DNA of 64,000 nt, taken from NCBI GenBank assembly GCA_964252035.1, contig OZ176200.1; one strand, 5' to 3'. This DNA is from Podarcis erhardii (Eukaryota). Positions within the stretch are counted from its first letter, which is position 1, and the number at the start of each line of letters is the position of its first letter. Of the stretch, positions 1 through 12,150 are shown piece by piece. The position numbers and the translations under genes were made by a program. The notes beneath the pieces were generated by a model, which worked only from the letters and a program-made list of their open reading frames with translations, searched no databases and had not been told where the DNA came from.

Positions 1-2119
1 ACTAAGATTCTGCTGAATGAAGTGTACCTACCTAGATCCACTGCAAATCTGCAGACGATGAAAGCTCATCCTTAGGACTAACGTGTTACACTTTGCCTCA
101 AGTTAACCTAAGCACCCCCTCATCAATACTGTTAGCATCTAATCCACTGCTTTAATGCAGGCGTTTGCTGTCTTTTTTTTTTCTTTTAAGGTATCCTTAT
201 TTCTAGAGATGACAACATCTTTTCTTTGGTGTGGGCTGCCGTTAGTAATTCAAAAACTAGTTCCGCTAGCAATGATATTGCTCCCTTGTAAGTTTTTGTG
301 TTGAGTATCTGCTGAGATTGTCATTTTTTTAATTTTTTTTTTAAAAAAACTACCTTCATTTTTAATTGCAACAGCTACCCCATTCCCTTACTGCCTTTCT
401 TGAGTGGCTTGCGGCTGTGAAGATGCGTCATATCAATTACAGCTCCCTTATTAGCTAAAATCTGTTAGAAGCATCCTGCAGCACAAGCCATTAAAAACTA
501 AAAAGCACAAAGGAAGTAAATTATTCAGAGATTTGGGCAAGTATGAATAATGATTGTTTATTCACAATAGATGCCAATTATTTTGGTACCTTTGCATCCT
601 ATCTTTCTCTACATGCAGGGCCAGCTCTAGAGGGTGGTAAGATGGGGCATTTGCAAAGGTCCCTAGACCTGCAGAGGAGCTACTGCTCAATAGCACTACT
701 GTTTCCATTCTGTACTGGAGACCAGCTGCAGCCTAGCAGAATTCTCAATTGGCATGTCCTGATTCTTCCAGGCTATAGGGGCTCACTGAGGGCACCATGT
801 TTGAGGTCTCCCCAAATCCACAACACTTAGGGTGCTATGTCGGAGGGGGCCCACCCTCTCTCTCTCTTTCTCTCTCTCTCATTCATGCTAGAGATAAACA
901 ATCACTATCTATGCAAGAGAATCAGGGGTTGACACTGTCATTGTGAAGGTCCCCTGAAAACCCTCGGAGGGCTCTGACCTTGCTTGTCCTCTTCCTTGCT
1001 GCCTATTCATCTAGGAAGTTCTCCTGGTGCCACTATTGTCATCCTTTTGGATGCTTTTATTCTTCCAGGCATTTGGGACTTAATATCAGGGCTTTTCCCC
1101 CCAGCGGGAACTCCCTGAAACTCAGTTCCGGCACCTCTCAGGTGAGCACAATTGCCATTGTAAGAGAACAAAGGAAGCGTTCGTGGTGAGTTCAGGCATC
1201 TCTTTTTCTACAAAAACAGCACTGAATATTAATGCATTTTGTGGCCATTCTGATAGGATCTAGGTTTCATCCTGTTATTAGAAAGGGGAATATATTTTTG
1301 TAATTGATTGTGGATGAACATTTTTACAGTGTTGGACTCTCTCATGTCCAGTGTAGGGCTAAGTAACTATCCCATCTGTGCAATGATTTTCATGTGCACA
1401 ACGAGACTTCCCACCCTCCTCCCCTAAATCTGTTCTGTGGGTCCCCACAACCCTCCGGAGCAGATTTAGAGAGGGTGCTGGGTACATTGTCCAATTATAA
1501 ATTACTGTGCAGAGGTGGCAGTTGCTTTGCACTACAGTGGATGCAAGTCATTGTTTTAAATTGATATGTTTGCTATATATTGAATTTTCTTTTTGTGTTT
1601 TATTACCGTTACAAGTAGTAGTAGTAATAATAATTTTATTATTTGTATCAAAAGTTCTTCAGAGGTAGATAAGGACAAATGGAATTAATAAAAATAGACA
1701 CAAGGAGAAGGACCATCAGTCTCAATGCATCTTGCCTTCTCCCATAGGGAGCGATGCATATTGGGCTCAGAACAACAGGGCAACAGCAGGAATGATCTTT
1801 TCCCTGACACTTTTAAATATATTTGCTCACCAAAATTCAGATGCACCATCTAATGAGATGTTAGCAATGCTATAGTAGCAGGCAGGCAGGTTATAGGAAG
1901 AAACAAGGAAGTGGTAGACGTTCATTCTGTGATGAAGAACAAGTGAAACTGGGAGCTCAACAGCAGCTTCGCTACAGCTTTCCTGGAAAGGCTTCATAAG
2001 CTGAGCTGAAACAACGCATTGCTCCCCACATTCTCTTTATGTAGTGTGAAAATAAGAATAATAATACAAAAGGTAGAATTGTATACCAAACCAACCAAAC
2101 TAAATATGACTTCTATATA

Positions 2120-2369
2120 CTGTGGTACCCTGGAAGTTGAACAGAATCCATTCTGGAAGTCCATTTGACTTCCAAAATGTTCAAAAACCAAGGCGTGGCT
2201 TCTGATTGGCTGCAGGAAGCTCCTGCAGCCAATCAGAAGCCACAGAAGTTGTGTTGGACGTTTGGGTTCCAAAGAACATTTGAAAACTGGAACAATCACT
2301 TTTGGTTTTCAATCATTCAGGAGCCAAAACGTTCGACTCCCAAGGCATTTGAATACCAAGTTACAACTG
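2120..2369. mobile_element. Tc1/mariner-pogo (Tigger-like) MITE
   Basis: TA|ctgtggtaccctgg ... ccaagttacaactg|TA, degenerate TIRs and TA target; perfect internal 23-bp-arm palindrome at 2195-2243. Confidence 0.8.
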
Positions 2370-2404
2370 TATAGTATTTTTTACGTGTTTCTGTTATATA
2401 TAGA

Positions 2405-2454
2405 CATTGCAGGGGTTGAACTAGATGACCCTTGGGGTCCCTCCCAACTGTACA
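2405..2454 (+). mobile_element. CR1 LINE 3' tail fragment
   Basis: cattgcaggggttgaactagatgacccttggggtccctcccaactgtac matches the CR1 tail also seen at 63.8 kb. Confidence 0.7.
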
Positions 2455-4889
2455 AAAAAGAAGAAGAAAGGATTGAAGAAAGCTTAAAATGAGCACACTG
2501 CTACACTACATGCTGAAACTGCAATATGGGCCATGTGTAGGCTCATTCATTTGTGGTTTCTGAACCATTAAATACGTTATTGACCAGTTTAGTTGAGTTG
2601 TATAAGGATCTCTGTACGTTCTCCCTCTTCGGTGAAATTATAAACCAGAAGCAATTTTGTGCTGCCATGTTAATAATGTTTCTGCAATTATTGTCAGCAC
2701 ATGAGTATATATAGCACACAAAAAGGCAATTGATCGCTGGATAAAGGTGAATAAGGGGTCTCTTAAGCCTCCAGGATATGACAGGAAAGGAAGGAGCTGA
2801 CCAGCATCCAGGCTGAGCCTCTATGTGGCAACATACACCAGAGAGGAGAGGTTTCCTTCTGATCCTCACCTAAACCCCACTCCAATAGCTTTTTGGCTCA
2901 GCCAGTTGGCTGGGGAAGGGTACATGCATCATGGCACGACCACCATCGCACAAGTGAGGCATCTTCACTCAGTGGTGCTGTGCACAGCAGCCAGGAGTGC
3001 ATCAATGGGGGGGGGGAGGTGAAAGTGTGAGCAGATCCTGCAATCGGGCAGCACCCTGCACACATGCATTACTAAATTATATAAAGTAAATCAGAGGTGG
3101 AAGTAAGCCAAGGGAAATCTATGAAATGTAGTTAGGGGTGCCAGAACATGATCATATCACTTTTGGGTGGAAAAAGATTTGAGTAGGCATGGGGCCTATC
3201 CTTTGCCACCGAACCCATCTGTTGTGATTTGCAAATGACCTTGCATCAGAGGAAGGGGGGGGGGGAGAGGCAGGAACAAACCTGAGAAAGGAGCACAGCA
3301 GAATAGCAATGGGAGGGGACCACATCAAAAAAGTGCAAGCCAATAGTTAATTTGTTCTTAGAGTTCGAAAACTGCTAGTAGGTGCAGGAGCAAGGGTCAC
3401 TCAGGGTGACCTGAGCAGCCTTGGTCCTGTCCAGAGAGACCTGGTTGCAAACTGGGCTCACAAAGGAAGGGATTGCTTGGCAAGTGGGTGGAGCCAAGGA
3501 AGTTTCCTTCAGCCTGGGGCTTTTAGCAAGGCTAGCATGTTCAGTATATGCTAACCTGCAGTACTATTTTCATTCTGTTAGATGCATAGGCACTGTCTCC
3601 TTGGGGCTGAGGCAGTTTCAGCCCCTTGGCTCCTCATGTCCTCACATGCACAACGTCCGGACATTCATATCAGGCACCCTCACCTAGAAAAGATGACACC
3701 TCTAGTTAGAAGCCTTGCTCAGCTCGCTGTCTGACTAGCTAACTATGTTTGGTACACTTATTTGCAGCAGCTTCACTGCTCCAGTTTTGTTCTGCCTACC
3801 TGTTTATAACTCAAGTAAAGTTTGCCAAGCTCCTTCCTTTCTGGATTCAGCCTGCTTTATTTAGCCACTTCTGCTCCCAAGGGAAAGCTGCGGCTATCAT
3901 GTCTCCTATGGTGGAAAGTAAAGATATCTAAATATTCCCCAGATTGTGTCCTGGCAACCCTAAAGGAAACCTTTCATCTAAGAAGATTTGGTCCAATGGA
4001 TAAAACGAAGGGGAGCGCTTACCCTCCCCCCCCCCCAAAGTAGCAAAAATATATTTGAAAGTAAATTACTAATGCCATTATGAGGTAAGCACTGTATGTG
4101 ATTTGCCAAATGGTAACAGCAGAGATAGGTACTCAAGGCCTTCTCCAGTGCAATTTAGGAGGTCAGAAATAAGCCACAATGCTGTATTAGGCATGTGTAT
4201 TATTTGGGCGGGTTTTGCTGGCAGCCTAGATTTTTGCATTTTCCAGGTGAGTTATGCAGAGACTGAACTGAGTATGTTCAGAAAATGAGCTGGGCATCAT
4301 TTCTGCATTAGTCTGATAACTATACAAACAGATCCAGATGCCCACTTTTCATCTCATGCTGGAGGCATGCCTCATTGGTTGATCATTGCATGAAAAACAA
4401 AGATAAGCATTAACTATAATTGCAGAGAGGTGTTTACTCTGCTACAATTAAGGGGCTGTCACTGTTTCTATTAACCTTTATGTTGTTTGCATTTTCCATT
4501 TGCTCCATCTGCATGGAATAGATGAGAAAGTAGATGAGAAAAATATCCACCACCTAAGGCTGCAATCTGAAATATACTTACTAAGGAGGAAACCTTACTG
4601 AACGTGGGGCAGGAAAGTTACTTCCAAGTAAGCAAGCAAGTGTATCCCAGAGGGTCTCTTGTCTTGTTGAACCAGAACGAAATACAAGCTGCAAGTAGTT
4701 ATTTTATAATATTGTGTTTTAACAGTATTTTATAATTTTATGTTTGCGAGCCACCCAGAGAGCAATATTAATGGGTGACTTTATATTAACAAATTAAATA
4801 TCATTGTATTGATTATTATTTATTTATTTCATTCATGATCCGCTTTCCATGCAGCATCCCGAAGCAACTGACAATAGCAATTACATATA

Positions 4890-5303
4890 CAGTGGTGCCC
4901 CGCAAGACGAATGCCTCGCAAGACGGAAAACCCGCTAGACGAAAGGGTTTTCCGTTTTGGAGGTGCTTCGCAAAACAAATTTCCTATGGGCTTGCTTCGC
5001 AAGACGAAAATGTCTTGCGAGTTCCTGCGGGGTTTTTTCTCCTCCCCCCCCTTTTTCTAAGCCGCTAAGCTGCTTATCAGCTGATCCGCTAAGCCGCTTA
5101 ACAGCTGATCCGCTAAGCCGCTTATCAGCTGATCCGCTAAGCCGCTTAACAGCTGATCCGCTAAGCCGCTTATCAGCTGATCCGCTAAGCCGCTAATAGC
5201 GCTAATCCGCTAAGCCGCTAATGGGCTTGCTTCGCAAGACGAAAAAACCGCAAGACGAAGAGACTCGCGGAACGGATTCTTTTCGTCTTGCAAGGCACCA
5301 CTG
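4890..5303. mobile_element. Young Tigger/pogo-like MITE with an internal minisatellite
   Basis: TA|cagtggtgccccgcaagacgaa ... ttcgtcttgcaaggcaccactg|TA (22-bp TIRs, 20/22 identical); repeated gcaagacga motifs; CpGs intact. Confidence 0.9.
5062..5222. repeat. 24-bp minisatellite ccgctaagccgcttaWcagctgat, five copies plus two degenerate units
   Basis: Units start at 5062, 5086, 5110, 5134 and 5158; variant units at 5182 and 5207. Confidence 0.95.
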
Positions 5304-5790
5304 TATAAAAGTGGCTAAAACAACTGCACATATAAAAACAATTGAATGAAATAAAACAATTATTAAAAACAGTTTTAAAAAGCAGGACATACATAAATTA
5401 AATTCAGACCCAGGACAGTTTCCAACTGGGATAAAGACTATAGTTGCTGAAAGAGGAATGACTTCAGCAGATGGTGAAACGACAATGGAGAACACACCTG
5501 TCTGATATGCAATGAGGAGTTTCAAAAGGGAGGTGCCACCACAGTAAAGGCCTGATTCCAGCACTGTGTGGAATGGACCTCCTGATATCTGCAAGATTCC
5601 CTCTCTTGCAGAATGCAGTGATTGGTTGGATAAGTAGGAGATAATGACAATGATAAGTAGAAGATGAAGCAGTCTTTTAGCTATCCTGGCAAGCCATATA
5701 GGGTGTTGCGTTCCAATACTAGCACTTACACTTACAGTAAGCTACACTTACTGGTAGCTAATTATTACTGTACATATTGTAGTATGGACA

Positions 5791-5977
5791 TAGGAGCCAA
5801 CTCCTAGGGGCCAAAGTCCCTTCACCGCCACCCCATAAAACATTAGAGGGGGCTAGGGCCCTAAAGCTGATGAGCATTGCCATTCAAACTGTGTGCGCAC
5901 ACTGTATCATGTGACTGATTGTGCGGGGCAGAGCTTACCTCCCCGCCCCCCATATTTTATTCAAGTTGGCACCCCTG
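5791..5977. mobile_element. Probable non-autonomous DNA transposon (short TIRs)
   Basis: aggagccaact ... agttggcacccct imperfect terminal inverted repeat; family not determined. Confidence 0.4.
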
Positions 5978-7189
5978 AGTATGAATGAGAAGTTAAATGG
6001 AACAAGTCCTTGGTTCGATTCATGGGATCTCCAGTTGAAAATATCACATAACAGTTGACGGAAACAAACTCTGCCTAAATACCTTGAAAGACAATGCTGG
6101 ACAGTGCTGGTCTGAATAGATGACTAACCTGACCTGGGTTAAGGCAGCTGTTGTATTCTGTTAAGCAGAGCCTTCTCTGCTCTTCACTTTCACACTTAAA
6201 AGGCTGCCTTCATTTTTTACTTACCTACTTTTAACCCGTCAAATCTCATGCAAACATTCTATTCAATTACTACCCATCTCTCATTTTATCTGCCACCACC
6301 ACCAGCAACTAGAGATAATCAAGAGATGGGGCATTTCTATCAGAGAGCAATATTGTGGAAGGCAAAACAAAGGTAAGCACCAAAAAATGATGTTTGCACA
6401 TACAGTACTGCCTGCATTTACGGTAATCGTTATAATATTGTTGTGCATTGATGATTTCTGAACACCTACAAACTGAAATGCGTATTTCAGAAGTGGTTAG
6501 TGGAAAGTTCCCCGCAGAAGTAGAATATCCTATCCCAAGAGAGAATTTCTCACTCTCTCTTAAAAATGAGAGGAGGTGGGGAACTGCCTGTTGTTTCTGC
6601 CTCCTATACATATTGCTACTTAGGTGCAATGACAAGAATGAACTCCTGCAGCGTTGTAATCAAAAATTCTATTTACTGTGGTGAAATGAGAGACTGATGC
6701 TACTATATCCAATGACACAATAAATCCCATCACCTCCGACTGCTTGAAAGAAAAGAAATAAGGGACGATTTATTGAGGAAAGAAAACATTTATTTTATTT
6801 TAAAAAATTGTAATAGAGTACTGGTGAAACACCACCAAGTCTCGCTGCTCTTCTTGTTACACGATATTAAACATTCAGGGTTGAGTTCTTTTAAAACTTG
6901 GAATTTGGGATCAAGTGTCTGATAAGCTGAATGATGGGTTTCCAAACCAATCACATCTCATGTGAAAAACAGTAATGGAGGGTGGGGTGAACAGCGTATG
7001 GGGAGGTCATTGTGCCATTCTAAATGCTGGTATGGGAAGGAACAGGTGGGGTTTCAGATGCTCACATGGATGGAAAGTCTAACTAGCACAGTCATGAGCC
7101 TATGTGGCGGTGATCAGCTACTTACAGGGGCTGGAACTGAACTCAGCAAGGCACTTTTGCCCATCTGGATTATCTTTTCTGTTATTGCA

Positions 7190-7372
7190 TTGATTACATA
7201 TTTCCGCCACCCTTCCTCCAAGGAGCTCAGGACAGTATACCTGGTTCTCCCCACTCCCACCAATTTCATCCTCACAACACCCTGATGAGAGTGGTCATTC
7301 AAGGGTAAGTTTTGTGATGGAGCAAGGATTAGAAACTGGTCCTAGTCCAACACTCCAGCCCTGACACCAGAG
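7190..7372 (-). mobile_element. Old Squam3-like tRNA/L2-tail SINE
   Basis: L2-type tail (ccgccacccttcctccaaggagctcagg), atcctcacaacaccctg core and a decayed head; similar to the copy at 16029. Confidence 0.55.
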
Positions 7373-8470
7373 CAGAAGCTCTTTCCTTTTTACATGTGCA
7401 ACCTCTGTGCTTGTACTCTAGTTGCCAGTTTCTGGGCAACTTCTGTATGACATCTAGAACATGCTTTCCTGGACATTAACCAGCCAAAGTTCGGCACTTG
7501 TCCTTCTGACGTCAGTGAACAAATGGTGCATCCGTTAACTCGCTTATGTTGAAATAAAGGGGATTCCACAGTGTTGAACTTTGGCTGGACAATCCTTGTG
7601 GTTTTTAGGGCAATCCAACAAGAGGTTCCTTCCAGCGCATGGCTAATACACCATTTCCTTTGAGCTGCCTTCCATAGCCTTTTCCAAGCCAACACCCAAC
7701 ACTGTCCCCCCCCCCCCCCCAGAACCCATATGTGCTATTCCACTTGCTTTCAAATTGATTTTTTTTGTGTGTGTGTGCTGTGCCAGATTGAGGGAATACA
7801 CATCACACGGCTTGAAATTAATTGAAAATGAAAGGCTTCCAGTTAAAGGCAAATTGTTTAATGAAACAAATTGTTTTAAAAAAGCATAGCTTCTGGGCTG
7901 AGACTTTAGATAACAAGTTTCAGCCCAGAGTGAAATTTTATGCCTGAGTTGTAAACCTCTGGAAGGTTTAATGGAGATTCAAACAGACTATTAATTGTAA
8001 CGGTGCCAATATATTACGGAGAACAAGAAGTGTTTTTTTTGTTTGTTTGTTTTAAAGCATTTAAGAGAAGCAACTTCAATTCTTCATGGCTATTTTATAG
8101 GGGCTGATATTTTCCCCTGGTGCTTCTGTGTATGCATAAATGAGATAAAATGTACTAATATTAGCATAATCATTATTAGCCGATTTCTGCCATATGTACT
8201 TATGCAAAACTAAGTGGCTACACACCCATCCTGGCCTGCCATTTATAAGTCTTTCCCCCTCCATCTCAAGCACATTTCAACTGCATGGGAAAAGCGAGTG
8301 TGTGTATCTAGCAGCATACTGTCTCATCAGTCTTACAGATACAGGGTGCGTTTAATGACTGGAGGCATTCAAACATGGGCGGGACTGCCATCTGTCAAGG
8401 ATTGTGTCCTGCACTGAGCCAGGGGAGCGAGTTGGACTGGCGTTTCTTTCAGATCCTTTTCAACTCTCAA

Positions 8471-8632
8471 CACATCCACACCATGCATTAAAAGCACATG
8501 GTTTCCCCCTAAAGAATTTTGGGAACTCTAGTTTGCAGCTCACAAAGCTACATTTCCCACCACCCATTACAAGCTGCAGCTCTCAGGATTCTTTGGGGAA
8601 GCCACTTGCCTTAAATATACAGTGTAGACGCA
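8471..8632. mobile_element. Palindromic MITE (same family as 14942-15133)
   Basis: aaagcacatggtttccccctaaagaattttggga ... tctcaggattctttggggaagccacttgcctt inverted arms. Confidence 0.55.
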
Positions 8633-9549
8633 ATTCCACGTTGGTAGAGCAGAACTTATTGTAGGGCTCAGATATGGAGCACAGTAAACAAGAGTGCTCC
8701 TGAGGAGATGCAGAGTGCATTTTCATTATCACTTATTAACTACCAAGTCCCTACACTCCAAGGATTGCGGGGAGAAGAGCATTCAGACTGGATGGGCGCT
8801 GGTTTTTCCGGACAAATCTTTTGCTGCATGTATTAATATCCTACTTTGAAAGCATGAGAAGTGATGCTACTTCAGGTTTGGTGGCGTGCTTAGAAAGTTT
8901 GAAAACAAATACTTCTTCCTGTTTGAGCAATGTGTTTCCATTACTGTGTGGAGAAGATTCTATTAGCAGGGTTATAAATTCTCAGATCATACAATCCATT
9001 CAAAAGCTTCTCTTTAAGGTATTGGGATCTATTCTTTTTCTATGACATATTGAAAATCTCATGTGCAATTTGTCTTATGAATGTGACCCTGAAAGATGCC
9101 TGCTTACATTTTTCAAACAAAGCGAATAACACGGCCTTAGCTTTTCCTTTTTACCCCCACTGTGAAGCTAAGAGCATTTTCTTTATATAGTTTTAATGTT
9201 TGCCAAGCTATGATTATAATTGCTCGTTCTGTTACATAGCTGTGAGCTATGTCATAACAGAACAGCAACGCAATACTAAAGCCTGCATAACTTTAATACT
9301 TCTGTTATCAATTCAGTGCTACTATAGATAACCCTTATTTTAGTCAGGCACATAGTTACTAGGGTTGGGCCAAACCACACCATGCTTCCGGGATATCAGC
9401 AATTATGGCATCTTGTGAATGGACAGATTTGCCATTTGGCTAGTCATGTAAAATGGCTAGCAAGATCTGCCACCAAGTTTGATTTCCACATAGATTAGTT
9501 CACGTTCTCTACAAGAATGAGTGAAGAGCTGGTTGCGACAAGCCTTTCC

Positions 9550-9768
9550 GAAGAAGAAGAAGAAGAGTCTGGATTTGATATCCCGCTTTATCACTATCCG
9601 AAGGAGTCTCAAAGCGGCTAACATTCTCCTTTCCCTTCCTCCCTGACAACAAACACTCTGTGAGGTGAGTAGGGCTGAGAGACTTCAGAGAAGTGTGACT
9701 AGCCCAAGGTCACCGGGTTCACCAGATTACGAGTCTACCGCTCTTAACCACTAAACCACACTGGCTCT
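9550..9768 (-). mobile_element. Young Squam3-type SINE with (TTC)n tail; internal deletion over the B-box region
   Basis: Reverse strand: agagccagtgtggtttagtggttaagagcggtagactcgtaatctggtgaacccggtgaccttgggctagtcacac ... gcgggatatcaaatccagactcttcttcttc. Confidence 0.85.
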
Positions 9769-10475
9769 GCATTAGACAGATAAACCTAATGTGGTACATT
9801 GTCTGGCTACTGTCAGATCAAGTGGTTTTTAGCACTGGCCAGCAATGAATGGCTTCTTGGGTCTTATGTCTCAGTGAGCCTGGACATGCAAAGATGTTGC
9901 TGCTTATCTAGATGCGATTGTGTCTGACATCAGAGTAAACCTGGCAGGGACCAAACCTTGGAGGAAGATTACATTGCCTGTGTAGAAATTGTTTGAATGG
10001 TTCCAGATCTATTGAAATGATAGCCAGCCATATTTTTGTGGCTCCAAACAACCCTTATGGATGCACTCTCACAACCAGCCCATTTGTAATGAACACAATT
10101 AATGAGGAGTCATACCGAAGGAATAATATTTTAATTTTTTAAGAGAGAGAAAAATATTAATTTCAGAAGCGCACTCAGCTACTACTTATAAAAGCTTTAA
10201 AACTAGTTCTCCTAATTTGTTTTCCAGGATGGAGGTATTTCTTCTTTTGATCACTGCTTGGATGAAACCTACATATCAAATCAGAAGTTTTCTATCAAGC
10301 ACAGTTTGGATTAACAAAACATTTTCTTTCTTTCATGTTAACAGTTTTTAGTTTCATTTCTGTAAGTGTCACTGGCAGTTATGTTTCTCAAAATACATTG
10401 CAACTGAAGTGTTTGTAATTGCAGCAGCACTGTAAAGACAGGCCTGTCATCAGCACCTCGCATCCCTGGAGAACT

Positions 10476-10627
10476 TAGAATCATGGAATTGCAGAGTTGG
10501 AAGGGACCCAGAGGGTCATCTAGCCCAACCCCTTGCAATGCAGGAATTCTGCCCACAGCTGAGCCTGGGTGGGCTCGAACCACCAACCTTCAGGTTAACA
10601 GCCAGATGCACTGACCCACTGCGCTCC
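10476..10627 (-). mobile_element. tRNA-Asn-derived SINE with a CR1 3' tail
   Basis: Reverse-strand head ggctgttaacctgaaggttggtggttcgagcccacccagg resembles vertebrate tRNA-Asn(GTT); it is joined to the CR1 tail attcctgcattgcaaggggttgggctagatgaccc ... ccatgattcta. Confidence 0.8.
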
Positions 10628-11973
10628 TGAACCCTTAAAAATGCTTTCCCCCAGCCTTGTATCCTGAGCAGCATCTGGAGGTTGGGTCTGGGCTCCACAT
10701 TAACTTCCCATAATGCCCCCAAACAATGCTACATAAGAGGTATTGGGCTAAATGAAAATGGTGTCCAGGCCCAGCTGACTGGCAGTAAGCCTCCAGGGAA
10801 CAAGGGTTGTTCACCAGAGACCACTTTGCCTATGAGCCCTCTTAAACCTGTATATGGATCCTTCAAACCACCTTATCCACACATCTCCCTTAAAACTATC
10901 ACTATTCTCTTAGACCTGTTCCTGAAATTTGTCTGTGGTGATGGGGTTTGCACATTTTTTAATTTAATATTGCCTGAATATGCGCACAGTTCACACCTAA
11001 CTGCTATGAGGGCTAGGCTATGGGCAACAGTTTCAGATGCACTAGGATAAAGCCAGGACTTGAGGACAAAGCATAAATCAAGAGATGCTGAGAAGCAAGC
11101 TGGGAACAAAGGAAACAGGAATACCCAGGAGATAAGGGAGGCCTTGTTGATCAAGGCAGGCTTCACTGGAACAGGAAGCTCTCTTATCCTTCTTCTCCAG
11201 AAGGATATAAAGACCACTGTGGGTAGGTGGGCTCAGCCCAGGCCCTGAGGCTACTAAACTGCCTTTACAGCTGCTGCAATACACAGTACGGTGCGTCACC
11301 TCATTGGGCAGGTATAGGTGTAATAGTTTCCGGTTTGAGCCACAGAGGCTCTGGATGGGTTGTATGTGTGAAGAGCCTATTCTCACTTTGTCTGGAGGTT
11401 CAGTGATCTGGGTTCAAGGCAGTGGGAATGCAGAGAGTGAAGCAGGGCCAGCCAGCATAATCTTACTACTCCAGTCAGTCAGTGAGAACAGGGCTGTACG
11501 TATGTGCATATCTGTGTACAACTTTGTTAGCCAGAGCACAAAGACAGCAGTGTAGTGTTGAACACATTTTGCCAATCTTTGGTGGTTTGGTAGCATTTCC
11601 TGCCTGGCTATTTACACCTGCTCCGCCCTGGCTAGAGCTGCGTTACAGGTGCAATTTTCATATATTCAGAATATGAATCAGGCAGTTCTGTTGAGTCAAT
11701 AGGAGAATTATCAAGTACTGCTGCCTCAAGAGCTCCTCAAGAGCCCAGCTGTGAGTTCAACTTTAGAAGGTGGCCAAAACTATAGTTTTTACTGACATCT
11801 GGTGAAGGACATAGAAACCTGGGAAAAGTCACTGGAATGGGTTCACATTCTAAGGTCCTGTAAAAAGCTTATACAACATCATATTTTTCAACATTGTAAC
11901 ATCCTTGTTAATTCCATTGTAATTTGTTTGGGGGCTTCTTCATTCAGTTTGACTTATTAAATACCCAATCTTT

Positions 11974-11976
<3 letters not shown>

Positions 11977-12014
<38 letters not shown>
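11977..12014. repeat. (GT)19 microsatellite
   Basis: Read directly from the sequence. Confidence 0.98.
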
Positions 12015-12016
<2 letters not shown>

Positions 12017-12057
12017 CAGAACAACAATGCATGTGTGTGCAAACCAGTTTTCAGCTG

Positions 12058-12150
12058 GTAGAGTCAGAAGGGATTGTAAGGGTCATTCCACCTGAAATGC
12101 AGGAATCGCAACAAAAGAATCCATACCTGATGGCTGGATAGGCAATCCTG
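12058..12150 (-). mobile_element. Decayed CR1 3' fragment
   Basis: agagtcagaagggattgtaagggtcatt ... aatgcaggaatcgcaac resembles the reverse complement of the CR1 tail. Confidence 0.45.

Noticed and set aside
5062-5222. 24-bp direct repeats as a CRISPR array; ORF 4957-5196 (ADPLSRL repeats) as a repeat protein
   Set aside because: The units are head-to-tail with no unique spacers, there are no cas genes, the context is vertebrate, and the array lies inside a TA-flanked MITE. The ORF is simply the translated minisatellite.
10560-10627. tRNA-Asn gene
   Set aside because: The acceptor stem and D arm are degraded and the head is fused to a CR1 tail, so it is a SINE.
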